Of a DNA stretch of 32,549 nucleotides, positions 1-12,184 are shown piece by piece (position 1 is the first letter of the stretch; each line of letters starts with the position of its first letter). Source of the stretch: Octopus bimaculoides. Its lineage: Eukaryota. The stretch covers positions 1,663,001-1,695,549 of the forward strand of contig NC_069004.1 in NCBI RefSeq assembly GCF_001194135.2. Direction: 5' to 3'. Below the pieces are notes generated by a model that worked only from the letters and a program-made list of their open reading frames with translations, had not been told where the DNA came from and did no database searches. Made by a program: the position numbers and the translations under genes.

Positions 1-644
1 AGTAATTTGTAAACTATAATAAAATAAGTTTTAATAATCGAATTTTAATTTTAGCTGCAATATTTTAAGTGAAAAGTTTCTTATTCTTTACTTTACTTGA
101 AATAATAGTTTGTCCTATACTTTTACAGGTGTAATAAATTGTCCTGTACTTTTCCAGGTTTATAATCTTAAGAATATTAGTTTTCATGCTCGCATTTTTC
201 CATGTAATCCATGATTTTTCCAGGCATTGTTGCTATAAGATAATGTGTCAATTAATAATTTAGGATTTTACCTTATAAAATACTGGGTAGGGGGATATTT
301 TGGCTGCTATTTTTAGCGTGTCAAGTGACCAAGTAGAGGCTCTTTCACTGGTTTGATTGTGTGGTGAGATTTTTTTACACATATATGTATAATATGCATA
401 TATCATCGGCAGAAGTTAGAGAGTAAGTCAAAACCTGAGTTTCGTGTATTGGCACTTATCAAACATGAATTTGTCCATTGTCACTCTGTAACTTGTGACG
501 AAATAACTTTTAAAATACAAATTTTTGTCAAAAACGTTAAGAGTAAACCTTGTTGCATGTGACACATTGTACAAGTATCGGAAGTTTCAAAGTTCTTAGT
601 TAAAAAAAAATAATTAAATATCTGTACATCAAATTGAATAGATC

Positions 645-772
645 CGAAATGGATAAAAAGCAAAGTCGACCTTCGCGGAATTTGAAACCAAAACGTAAAC
701 ACAAGCGAAATACCGTTAGGCATTTCGCTCGGAGCGACAGCGTCTCTGCCAGCTCGCTGCGTTAGAATACGA
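645..772 (-). mobile_element. tRNA-derived SINE, family A (gcggcgagctggcag head)
   Basis: Reverse complement matches the copies at 14898 and 15843. Confidence 0.8.
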
Positions 773-842
773 AAATTCATTTTAGCAATATATTCTTTAA
801 TATTCTTATTGATAAGTGTTACTTCCTTCCTCTCTTACTTAC

Positions 843-945
843 ACGAAATTTCGTGGTATTTCACCCCATAACTTTCCTTCTACTAATTTTTGTTCAATGC
901 GACTAACGACTCTGAATTCCTCATACATTTTTCTATCATTTAAGT
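843..945 (-). CDS. Candidate exon of an unidentified minus-strand gene
   Basis: cttttcttag acceptor, gtaagt donor, open frame LNDRKMYEEFRVVSRIEQKLVEGKLWGEIPRNF. No homology recognised and partner exons unresolved. Confidence 0.3.
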
Positions 946-1166
946 CTAAGAAAAGTATACTTTTATTTTAAAATTAAAAAGTTAAAAGGTACATGTCCTC
1001 AGATTGAAATGTTCGTACTGGAGCTTCCGGCGCGAATACCAAGCAGTACATCATGCAATTTCCAAATTTCTGGCAGAATGAATTGCGTCGTGGTACTGTT
1101 TTTCTCACAAACGGTGCCCAACAGACCCTACTATACTGTGTAGTCGACAAAATCAAAACAAACAAA

Positions 1167-1176
1167 GCGCATGCGC
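1167..1176. promoter_or_regulatory. NRF-1-type palindrome GCGCATGCGC in a locally CpG-rich patch
   Basis: Exact match to the NRF-1 core consensus. A single motif, so function is not shown. Confidence 0.35.
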
Positions 1177-1367
1177 GAAATTAGAAATATAAAATAGCGA
1201 CAAGGGGGTCGCACACGCACTCACACACACGTATATACATACATACAAGCACACATACATAGACGGATAGGTATATATGTTTGTATGTATATGTATGTAA
1301 TTAAAAAGATAAATTAAATAGAGAGTTTACATTATGAAGGATCGCTTTTCCTCAGTTTGTTACTTTA

Positions 1368-1430
1368 TATCTATATATACTATATATATATTTACATATA
1401 CATATACATACATGTGTGCGTATGTGTTCG

Positions 1431-1476
<46 letters not shown>

Positions 1477-1565
1477 TATGTATGTATACATACGTATATA
1501 TATATTTATATATATATATATTATATATATACACACCACACACACATATATATATACATACACAT
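1368..1565. repeat. Compound (TA)/(TG)/(CA) microsatellite
   Basis: Read directly; explains five overlapping spurious ORFs. Confidence 0.95.
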
Positions 1566-2869
1566 TTAACGCTAGACTTAGTATGGAAGAAATCTAGAAA
1601 TACGGTATGGATCTTCAAGTTTTGATTTTTTGTTTGATTTATTCATTATTTGTTGTTTTTTTAAGATTGTTTTAAAAAGTTGTNNNNNNNNNNGTGTGTG
1701 TGTGATTCGGCGTTACTAATTAAGAATGCCAGAAACTTAATCATAAGAAAATATATCCGATCAAATCCATTTTTTATTCCTTGAATTTTCTTCATTACAA
1801 ACGGATCAAATCTTTAGATGGAAATCAGACCTAATTTCCATCCACATTAAAGATATCGGTGAGACTTCAATCGATATTCATACATACATACATACATATA
1901 TGTTATTTTCGTTTAGGTAATCTTTGATACTCTATTGGTGTGGTAGTAATTTTTCCGGGACATAAACAGAACAATTCGAAGGATCGGAATTATGGAAGAA
2001 TTATACAACATACTAAATATAAATTTCATAATGTCTGATGAAAAAGGGTTATGATTTTAATGTGTGTTCAAAATTTCCAACGTATCATAAATTGCATCGA
2101 TGATTGATATCCGACTTGCTCGTAAATAATGTACACGAAATGGAAAAAACAAAATGGATTATTGATATGCCGATATGTCGATAACATAATACATATAAAA
2201 ATAATGATCCACCATACATATGATTACATTTAAGCAATAATGAATCTGCCGTGTTCAATGGAATGCTTTAACTATCGACAATAGCCATTATTTCTCTTCC
2301 AGTGCTTACAGATTTTTGTCTAAAGTCATTTTCTGGAGATAAAATTTAGGATATCGAACAACAGGACCGGTAATCTTAAGAAGATAGTGGCTAATCGATA
2401 CCACTGAACCCATATATATATATATATANNNNNNNNNNNNNNNNNNNNNNNNNNNNNNNNNNNNNNNNNNNNNNNNNNNNNNNNNNNNNNNNNNNNNNNN
2501 NNNNNNNNNNNNNNNNNNNNNNNNNNNNNNNNNNNNNNNNNNNNNNNNNNNNNNNNNNNNNNNNNNNNNNNNNNNNNNNNNNNNNNNNNNNNNNNNNNNN
2601 NNNNNNNNNNNNNNNNNNNNNNNNNNNNNNNNNNNNNNNNNNNNNNNNNNNNNNNNNNNNNNNNNNNNNNNNNNNNNNNNNNNNNNNNNNNNNNNNNNNN
2701 NNNNNNNNNNNNNNNNNNNNNNNNNNNNNNNNNNNNNNNNNNNNNNNNNNNNNNNNNNNNNNNNNNNNNNNNNNNNNNNNNNNNNNNNNNNNNNNNNNNN
2801 NNNNNNNNNNNNNNNNNNNNNNNNNNNNNNNNNNNNNNNNNNNNNNNNNNNNNNNNNNNNNNNNNNNNN

Positions 2870-3028
2870 AAATATAAGGGATTAGCAATTGAGTTGCTTC
2901 TCCAACATACTGAAAATTTAGAAATAGCAGTCAAAGAACTTTAGAAATAGCAGTCAAAGTTCTTTGACTGCTATTTCTAAATTTTCAGTATGTTGGAGAA
3001 GCAACTCAATTGCTAATCCCTTATATTT
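2870..3028. repeat. Perfect 73-bp inverted repeat, 13-nt spacer, abutting a gap
   Basis: 2870-2942 is the exact rc of 2956-3028. Confidence 0.9.
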
Positions 3029-3139
3029 ATGATGATAAATGGTCTTACCGATAAAGGTTTTTTTCATACTGAACTACTTGGCAAAATTGTTAATTATTAA
3101 TTCTATTATTAATTGACGATTCCCTGCCCTCATTTCTTG

Positions 3140-3187
<48 letters not shown>

Positions 3188-4159
3188 GTATATATGACGT
3201 TATTCTGTAATACAGTATTAAACAAACTCTGCTACTGTCTTTAGGTAAATCATAGTGCCAAATATAGGTTTAAAACCTTAAACATATACAGGTGTGTATA
3301 CGTATGAGCGTATGTATATTCCTTGGTTATATTTCAGTGAATTGTATATGTACATATGTGTGTGTGTGTGTGTGTGTGTTTGTATTTCCATGTATATCAC
3401 GGAAAGAGCGCTTTCGACAGTTAAAGCGCTCACACAAGATCCTCCTTCCATCAGGTCTTTGTTAAGTAAAGATGCTTTTTAATATATAATTCTGAATTCT
3501 GAATTTCATGAAATTTATTTTTACACGTATTGTAATTGAATTAAAGTCCTNNNNNNNNNNNNNNNNNNNNNNNNNNNNNNNNNNNNNNNNNNNNNNNNNN
3601 NNNNNNNNNNNNNNNNNNNNNNNNNNNNNNNNNNNNNNNNNNNNNNNNNNNNNNNNNNNNNNNNNNNNNNNNNNNNNNNNNNNNNNNNNNNNNNNNNNNN
3701 NNNNNNNNNNNNNNNNNNNNNNNNNNNNNNNNNNNNNNNNNNNNNNNNNNNNNNNNNNNNNNNNNNNNNNNNNNNNNNNNNNNNNNNNNNNNNNNNNNNN
3801 NNNNNNNNNNNNNNNNNNNNNNNNNNNNNNNNNNNNNNNNNNNNNNNNNNNNNNNNNNNNNNNNNNNNNNNNNNNNNNNNNNNNNNNNNNNNNNNNNNNN
3901 NNNNNNNNNNNNNNNNNNNNNNNNNNNNNNNNNNNGGGGGGGTAAGAAAGAGAGAAAGAATTAAGGAAACTGAGAGTACGTGTGATAATGTCTGTATATG
4001 TAAGAGAGAGAGAGGGGGGACTGGGGGGGGAACGAATGCGCTTACAAAAACTTCTTCCCACAATAAATATTCCTCACACAAAACAAACCATTAACAATCG
4101 CCATGTGACTAGAGCTTTTGAACACCTACAAAGCAAAACTGATTCACATTATAAACCAA

Positions 4160-4318
4160 TGTGTGTGTGTGTATGTGTGTGTGTGTGTGTTTAAATACAC
4201 ACATATATACATACATGCATACATACATACATGCATACAAATGTGTGCGTGTGTTGATTATAACCTATCTACATGCCATCTATCTATCTACCTCTCTCTC
4301 TCTCTCTTTCTCTCTCTA

Positions 4319-4377
<59 letters not shown>

Positions 4378-4387
4378 NNNNNNNNNN

Positions 4388-4420
<33 letters not shown>
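4160..4420. repeat. Compound (TG)/(CATA)/(CT)/(TA) microsatellite
   Basis: Read directly. Confidence 0.95.
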
Positions 4421-4423
<3 letters not shown>

Positions 4424-4600
4424 GAGAATGTACGAAAAAACAACAACAGACGAGGACAGGTGGTGTAAATAACAAAAGGATGTATTAGTATGACGCTCGG
4501 GAATACGGAAAGTCTTTGACGTTTCGAGCTACCCTCTTCAACAGAAAGAATACGGAGACAAGGAGAAAAACACGGAGAAAAAAAATTGAATAGTGTTCAG
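4421..4600 (-). mobile_element. Penelope-like terminal repeat fragment, copy 1
   Basis: Shares gggagaat...acaggtggtgta...attagtat(g/a)acgctcgggaa...gtcttt(g/a)acgtttcgag...ctcttc(a/c)acagaaag with the copy near 16525. Follows a TA microsatellite. PLE assignment rests on the CGAAACGT motif. Confidence 0.55.
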
Positions 4601-4641
4601 TCAACGGTCAATCAGTACAACAACAGCAACAACAACACGAA

Positions 4642-5400
4642 TGAAGGCTGAGGAAAAAGTTCGTGCGCCGTGTTAAGACAATGATTTTTTATGCAAGAAT
4701 TAATTCAAAACCAACAACTATTCTTCAAGATAAAGACCTTCATTTTCTATGACCTTCTGCCGATGATCTGCAAGCTTTCGAATTTGGTCAAAGTACCAGT
4801 CCTTCGGCTTTGAATCGGAAAATTCTTAACAGGCTTCTTTAACTTCATCGATTGGAAGATGTGGCAATGTCTGGACTATAGGCTGGAGGATTTTGCTTTT
4901 GTATTACACGCTTACTGTATTCCAACAATTCGCGTATCATTTCCACTGTCATTCTGACCTATCAAACGGTTTTAATGTTCTGGTGCCTTACTCCAGACAA
5001 TACTACCTTAGTGTTTAGCGTTAAAAAGAAGTAGTATTCAAGTGCCATTTCCAATGCTAAAATTTCGGCTGCGAAGTCCTTCCTAAAAGCTTCTTCTGGA
5101 TCACTTTCTAACCGTGTTAAGTATATTTTAATGAAAAGCAACGGTACGTTACTATCCTTCTGTTCCGCTGCCCCACAATCTCATCGGGCAAAGACGCATT
5201 ATCTTCTGTGATGTACCTCACTCATTGCGTCTCTTTTCCGGGCTCTTAGAGAGTTTCAATTCCTCTCAGCACACAACGATGTTGACAAATAATGTTGATT
5301 TATTTGCTTGTCTCTTTGCTAATTCTATTTCCCTTGTTGCTGTTAATGTTGACTAAGCTACACGCTTCAACGTCATTGTTCTATTTCGCGTTAGTGTCCA
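4642..5400 (-). mobile_element. Degenerate mariner transposon (3' part with TIR)
   Basis: Minus-strand translation gives PPAYSPDIA and DEVKEAC*EFSDSKPKDWYFDQIRKLADHRQKVIENEGLYLEE*, the mariner C-terminus. TIR-like aggctgaggaaaaagttcgtgcg near 4645. Stops and frameshifts present; the 5' limit is approximate. Confidence 0.8.
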
Positions 5401-6173
5401 GCTTATTTTTAATATCCAAGGCGTAGTCAGTCATGACATTTCTGAAAAGCTATAATTTTCCGATTTCAAATGATTTTTTTTCTTTTTCTGTCTAGAGTGG
5501 GTGCTTTGTTTATTCTGCCCTATGTAAATCCCATTGTGGGGACCACTTTCATCTACTACAACCGAATACGACACGTTTAAAAGAAAAATTTCAATGTCTT
5601 CCCGGCGAAAAATGCAAAGTCAACAAATATTTTGCCTCCCCCTCCAACTAGGGGAGAAAGACAAACATTTAACACAAATCAGTTTACGACAGAAACAAAA
5701 ACAGGAAACACCCACTTGAATCGCAAAGGGACACCCAGAAGCAGCTGAAAAGAAAAAGGTCCTTTTGGGCATTTATGACTATGTCATTTCATTTTTAAGA
5801 TAAGGTGCGATTGAAGGTTTTGCTGCTGCTGCTGCTGCTGCTGCTACTGGTGGCGGCGGCGGCGATGGTGGTGGTATTTGTGCGGCTGCTCGTGCTGGTG
5901 CTGCTTTTTATGACTTCTTGCAGGTCGGTTGATAACTTGGAATTTTTACGTCTAGTGAAATCTCTAACATCCCATGAAACCATTTCTCATAGTCCTGTAA
6001 TGAATCCGTTACAGAAGAGAAATCGTAGTTAGAGGAAAGAATCAGAATTTTCTCTCTTACAGCCTTTAAAGTTAATAATACAAGCATGGTTAACATTATA
6101 TGGATGGCAGCGTGGGCTTCAAGACTGGCTGAGCAATGCGCTACCGTGCGGTACTGTAATGCACATACGCGCA

Positions 6174-6208
<35 letters not shown>

Positions 6209-7214
6209 CATGCAGTACTCTATTGCCCCTATTGTGCACGTTATATATATATATATATAAAGTAATGTTTGTCACCACTTCAACATGGCTGTTCCGTAGA
6301 AACCGACGTTATTACCGTTTTTCACCCCAGGAGGGCGCCCCTTCCGGTTGGTTGTCGACTGAGGAAAATATAAAAAAAGATACATTGAATGGCCATTGGT
6401 GTTCAGTAGAGTAAAATGAAAATCAAAAGAGTCCATAGACAAAAAATGGTTGAGAACCATTGCTCTACAGATTCTGTCAGCTCCCTGCCTCGTAGGGACA
6501 TCTGATCATCATAAGTTAGATTCCTTTCCCGTGTCCAGGGGTCAGCTTGCCAAGATTCTTCAGTTCCTGCGACGTAAATACAATGAACCAGGCTCCTGTC
6601 TCCACTCCTGTCTCCAGTCCATTCTTTGATATTGTCGGTTCACAAACCTCTTTGACGGCCTCTTGCAACCCGTCCTCTCGAAACTTCCAGTCAGGATGGC
6701 CTTCGCTAATGATTTGTGGAGCATTGATGGTCTCCGAAATATGATAGTTTTGTAGACTTGGTTCTCGACAAAAGGCGTCTTTGGACTTTGGACTTTCAGC
6801 TTTTCTAGGACTGCAACATTTGTTACCCTGTCTGAAAGTGTTTGTTAAAATTAACCAAACGTTCCAAGATATCATACTTCAAGAGAAAACAGAAACGGAG
6901 GAGAAAGAGAGAGAGGGGGGAGACAGACAGAGATGGATGGAGGAGAGAGGGAATATAAATAGAAGTATTGACACCTAGGGTCACAAAATTATGAATTGCT
7001 AAATTCAGTGTCTTACTCTTCTCCACTTCCTCTCTCCCTACACACACACAAACACACACACATATGCACATACACACACACACAGCCACATATTGAGTAA
7101 TTTACACGTCAAATCGACACAAATATTTAAACATTTAGTTTCTTCTCCTTCGAACATTCTACGCACGCAAACTTATTAACACGTCTTTCTCTGACTCTCT
7201 TCCCCTCTTCCTTC

Positions 7215-7410
7215 ATCTTCTTTTTCTTCTCTTTCTCCTCCTCCTCCTCCTCCTTCTTCTTCTTCTTCTTCTTCTTCTTCTTCTTCTTCTTCTTCTTCTT
7301 CTTCTTGTGTTCAAACACCAATAAACATGTCACCTTTCCACGACGAGCAACAGATTTAATATCGCCGTCGAGACCGTTGTTGACGAATCGTTCATACAAC
7401 GCCTTGTGTG

Positions 7411-7453
<43 letters not shown>

Positions 7454-7475
7454 GTGCGTGTGTGTGTGTGTGTGT
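7215..7475. repeat. (TCC)/(TTC)n tract and nearby (TG)n tract
   Basis: Read directly; unique sequence lies between them at about 7307-7404. Confidence 0.9.
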
Positions 7476-7869
7476 AGAAGACGAAGAAGCTGTCAAGGTC
7501 ACAGTGTCAATGAAGCTTTGTGAGGCGGCAGGTGTCTCCACTTATAGATTGGATCCCGTAGACTCGTCAACGCTTAACGAAGTTGTTGTCATCAATGTGA
7601 AGGAGACAACTGTTCATATTGGAGTGGTCGAGGCAGCCATTGAAAATGTTTGACTCGAAATAGTTTGCATTTTTAACGTCGAGAAACCCCACAAGATTTT
7701 TTTTTCTTAATTCATTCATGTTGCGTCTCGTCGTCGTCGTCGTCGTCGCTGTTGTTGTTGTTGCATACAATTCTATATACCTGTATTTGCCTACGTTTCA
7801 CATACATACACATACCTACATATATACATACATAGATGCATAACTATACGTACATAGATTCATATATAC

Positions 7870-7990
7870 ACGACGGGCTTCTATACAGTTCCGTCTACAA
7901 AATCACTCACAAGGCATTGGTCGACCTAGGACTACAGGAGACGTCACGTGGATGCTAAACGCCCTTCTCAACTGCACAACCATGCCTCAG
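7870..7990 (-). mobile_element. SINE family B (ccttgggcaagtgtcttctactatagcc...gacggaaactgaaagaagccc core), diverged
   Basis: rc matches the core seen at 12625 and 28805. Confidence 0.7.
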
Positions 7991-8189
7991 CTCATCTTTT
8001 GTGTTTCATTCAAAATTAAAGACTCGTCTAAACCTTCTCTATTTTTTTAACTTCTTTTAACTCGATCAGCTGTTTCAGCTGTTTTTTTATTTCCATCTGT
8101 CTTCGTAGTCATTAGGTAGAATACCTTCTAATCTTTCTGCCCGTCTCTATGGCAGTCTTCGAATACTTTTCGAGTCAGCTTCCTGATAT

Positions 8190-8760
8190 TTAAGCAGAAT
8201 AGATTACACAGTATCTCCTAAGAAGTGCACTAAAAGACAAAGTTTCTAATGCCAACTTGTTTAGCAAGTGTAAGATTGGTGGAATCGAGAGCTTCCTTAT
8301 ACACTCACAATTGCACTGGGCTGGCCATGACGTCAGATTGAGTGACGAAAGAATACCCAAAGTCCTCATGTACAGCCAGCTTGAGAGTGGGCTCAGGAAT
8401 GTTGGTCGACCATGGCTCAGATATAAGGACAAGATGAAGGGTAACCTCTTAGAGATGAAGATAGCTCACAACACCTTTGAGTGAACAGCCTTGGTGCAAA
8501 CAAAATGGAGATTGTTGCGTCAAAATGCTATAAAAAACTTTTTGTTGCAAGCAGCATAAACAGACTTCGGAGTGCAAGGCAAAGGAGAACAGAAGCGGCT
8601 GCAAATATATCCCCTACACTGACCTATAATCCTCAAACTTGCAACATTTGTGGCCTTCTTTGCAAATCGTTGGCGGAACTTAAATGTCACATTCGACATA
8701 AGCATTATGACTGACAAAGAAAGAGTACGTGATCGGAAACTCAACCGACGGGAGAGTCAT
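8190..8760 (+). mobile_element. RTE-clade LINE 3' fragment
   Basis: SQLHWAGHDVRLSDERIPKVLMYSQLESGLRNVGRPWLRYKD and a terminal CNICGLLCKSLAELKCHIRHKH zinc finger; frameshifted. Confidence 0.85.
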
Positions 8761-10640
8761 GACTCACTTAATAATTGTATTTCTTAATATGTTTATTTTA
8801 TTGTTGTATTATTTCATTCCTTAACATGCTTATTTTATAGTTATTGTATTGTTTATATTTATTATTTTATTTCTTAATATGCGTATTAATAAATATTAAT
8901 ATGTGAATANNNNNNNNNNNNNNNNNNNNNNNNNNNNNNNNNNNNNNNNNNNNNNNNNNNNNNNNNNNNNNNNNNNNNNNNNNNNNNNNNNNNNNNNNNN
9001 NNNNNNNNNNNNNNNNNNNNNNNNNNNNNNNNNNNNNNNNNNNNNNNNNNNNNNNNNNNNNNNNNNNNNNNNNNNNNNNNNNNNNNNNNNNNNNNNNNNN
9101 NNNNNNNNNNNNNNNNNNNNNNNNNNNNNNNNNNNNNNNNNNNNNNNNNNNNNNNNNNNNNNNNNNNNNNNNNNNNNNNNNNNNNNNNNNNNNNNNNNNN
9201 NNNNNNNNNNNNNNNNNNNNNNNNNNNNNNNNNNNNNNNNNNNNNNNNNNNNNNNNNNNNNNNNNNNNNNNNNNNNNNNNNNNNNNNNNNNNNNNNNNNN
9301 NNNNNNNNNNNNNNNNNNNNNNNNNNNNNNNNNNNNNNNNNNNNNNNNNNNNNNNNNNNNNNNNNNNNNNNNNNNNNNNNNNNNNNNNNNNNNNNNNNNN
9401 NNNNNNNNNNNNNNNNNNNNNNNNNNNNNNNNNNNNNNNNNNNNNNNNNNNNNNNNNNNNNNNNNNNNNNNNNNNNNNNNNNNNNNNNNNNNNNNNNNNN
9501 NNNNNNNNNNNNNNNNNNNNNNNNNNNNNNNNNNNNNNNNNNNNNNNNNNTATATATATATATATATGGCGTGTGTGTATGTTTGTATGTACCCCCTCGT
9601 GTTTACACTTTGGAGTCAGAAATATAACACTAATCGATATTCCTTTAACGATCTGCTCCATCGCTTGACCACCAAGGAGCACCAACCAAATCTCTTTCAA
9701 ATTACACTATGTTACCTAAAGAAATAAAGGCCATATCAGGCCCTTCTAGTCCCTGATTTAGAAAAGGACAGAATGGTCACAGTAGAAATCTCTTATGGTC
9801 ATTGCACTTTGTTTTCTAATATAAAGTTTCTTTTCTCTTTACCTCAAATGTACCCCACACTCTTCTGTCTGCCTAGTCCGCATCTACCTCTTACCCCCTA
9901 CTGTGTCGGCCTCTTTTAGTTACATCTGTTGTATTCCATCCCTAAATTCTGCTTTCATTTCAATTCTTTATCTTAACGAAAGCGATAGATTTAGATTTTG
10001 GGATGGAAGGGTGGCTAGAAGGAAGGATGGACTGCCGGGTGGATGGATGGATGGACGGGTGGATGGAGAGTTATGTGCTGTCTATTCAGTAACGTAAGTA
10101 GGAGTGGTGATGAGGGAGATCCACCCCAGGTAACGGTTTAATTGTGGTACCACTTTTGGCTCTGCAGTATAAGTGTCTATAGGAGCGAGAGGGTAAAGGC
10201 GGCACCTTTGGGTCTGCAATATAAGTATGCATAGGGGTGAGAGGGCAGGGATGGCCAACCTAAGACAGCCCACTCAGTCTGACGTCGGATTCGATCAGGA
10301 TATCTGGGGCGTGGTTTTTGCTAGTTTTGATTATTTTTAGTTTTTCCTTTTTAGTCAAACAGGTTTGGACAATAAAACAAGTTTTCTAAAAGTAAACAAA
10401 CATATATACATATATACATGCATGCAAAGACATACACACACACACACACACACACATGCGCGCGCGTGTGTGTGTGTGTGTGGTGCCGGTCGGCCCAAGG
10501 CTAGAGTAAAAGGCACTTCCACAGAGTGCAATGACGTTGATCTCAGAACCACAAATTGCCAAACAACCTTCCCTACACAGCCATAATAATAATGGTAATA
10601 TTGGGTTCAAAGGCCTTTGAGTAGGAAAGAAATTCAATGA

Positions 10641-10710
10641 CTGTCCGTGGGAATCGAACCTACATTTTCTGTAAAACATGATGATTGTTTTACCATTGGA
10701 CCAAAGAAAT
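10641..10710 (-). pseudogene. tRNA-like remnant (pseudo-tRNA or SINE head)
   Basis: rc has A box TGGTCCAATGG and B box GGTTCGATTCC at tRNA spacing, but the acceptor stem does not pair. Confidence 0.5.
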
Positions 10711-10762
10711 CCTTCGGACTTACCCCTTTCAGAAACCTATTGTTACCAGCGAGAATTGTATG

Positions 10763-10881
10763 TTGTTGACGTCATTAGAATTCAGAATCTTCGAGAACGT
10801 GAAATAATTCTTTAGAGGAACGGTGAATCTAAAGAATTATTTCACGTTCTCGAAGTTTCTGAATTCTAATGACGTCAACAA
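10763..10881. repeat. 54-bp inverted repeat, 11-nt spacer, one mismatch
   Basis: 10763-10816 vs rc of 10828-10881. Confidence 0.92.
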
Positions 10882-10885
10882 AACA

Positions 10886-10995
10886 GTGTTTCACTGGTAC
10901 TTGATTTATCGGCCCCGAAAGGATGAAAGGCAAAGCCGATCTTGGAGGAATTTGAACTCAGAACGTAAAGATGGACAAAATGCTGCTAAGGTACA
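10886..10995 (-). mobile_element. SINE family A, partial
   Basis: rc contains gttctgagttcaaattcc...tttgcctttcatcctttcggg...gataaatcaagtaccagt. Confidence 0.75.
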
Positions 10996-11704
10996 TTGAT
11001 ATCAGAGTCTGTTTGTGAATCCTTAGAGTCGTTGTGGAGTGCTTTATCGCCTCATCTTTTGCATGAAATCTCACCTCTACCGTTCTATACTTTTTTGCCC
11101 CTAACGACGTATATCTTGTTGCCTCAGATGAGTCTGAGGCACTTTTCTATGTGTCTCTGTTTTGCCTCCTCTATTTTCTTAGCTTTTATTCCTACCATTC
11201 TGCAAATAGTGGGGATCAATTATGTTTCCTGTTGAATGGACTTGAGGATGTTCAATGCAATGCTGCGACGTATTTCTTAAGTAAATATTTTGAGTTTTTT
11301 TTTTCCTATTCATTCACCGATATGGTAATATCTTCTCGGTGTTCAGTTTTAGCAAGAGCAGCCACGGGGCATTTGCACGTTGTGTCTTTTTTTGTGGTGT
11401 TGATAGCGGAGGTGGTAGTTTGTGTTTTTTCTGCTCTTAAAACTGCAAAATGTGTTGTTAACGCTTTTATTTTTAATTTTTCGCACTAAATGCATATTGA
11501 ATGCGTAAAACTACAAAATATGTTTGTTTACTCTGCGAGTCTAGGTCATGCTTCATGATCTTGTTTAGGGAGGCGTGGAAGGCGCCTGTACTATGACGGC
11601 AGGGCAGTGGATGGAAGTGGAAAGAATCCACAGTGGGAGTATCTTTCTCAGTACATGTGTGTGTGTTTGTGTGTGTTGCTTCCAAAAGTATTGCCGCCAA
11701 AGCA

Positions 11705-12060
11705 GGTTCAAGCGGGCGTGACGGGTCGATAAGTAAGCAACTTCACTTTTCCTTAACTATAATCGTTATGCCTTGATTTATTATTTTGTAACTTTTTGTC
11801 CGTTTGAATGGGAAAGTCCCACAAAATCTTACAGTGTTTCGACTCCAGGACTCTTTCGACTCGACGATTGTCCCATGGGTTTCCAGCTTCAAATCCCCAT
11901 TTCTGGCAGTTTCCAGTGTAACACTTTTACAACCTGGTCGTGCCTCCAATATGGGGCATGGGTCTTATATGCCAACATGGAGCATTCTGTCTCGTTTCAA
12001 GTTCCACAGGCTCTACATTTTTTCTGGCACATTCTCCCCACATTTTTCTTCAAGTTGTTT
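11705..12060 (-). mobile_element. R4/Dong-like non-LTR retrotransposon fragment (zinc knuckle plus restriction-like endonuclease region)
   Basis: Across frames: CRACG...ECSMLA...RHDQVVKVLHWKL...KILWDFPIQTDKKLQ...CLLIDPS, the RHD, ILWDF-IQTD and ID motifs of RLE-type elements. Confidence 0.8.
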
Positions 12061-12123
12061 TGTTTTTATCGCTTGATCTTGGGCTGCAACAATTAGGCTC
12101 TCCGTTTCTTTTTCCAATTGTCC

Positions 12124-12165
<42 letters not shown>

Positions 12166-12184
12166 ATTGCTACTTTCTTTTCAG

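Noticed and set aside
1334-1625. Five overlapping ORFs rich in YI/CV/TH
   Set aside because: Dinucleotide microsatellite translations; the same applies to similar ORFs elsewhere.
2326-4081. Long ORFs filled with X (also around 8867-9727, 14456-14862, 15348-15974, 27473-27825)
   Set aside because: They only span assembly gaps.
5805-6032. ORF with poly-Leu/Ala N-terminus resembling a signal peptide
   Set aside because: Produced by (GCT)/(GGC)/(GGT) triplet repeats.
6516-6875. 119-aa minus-strand ORF with an acceptor-like start
   Set aside because: No recognisable domain and no convincing partner exons; unresolved and not supportable.
11320-11443. Minus-strand Thr-rich open stretch that looks like a stalk exon
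   Set aside because: No neighbouring TM or domain exon on that strand, and the donor phase does not fit.
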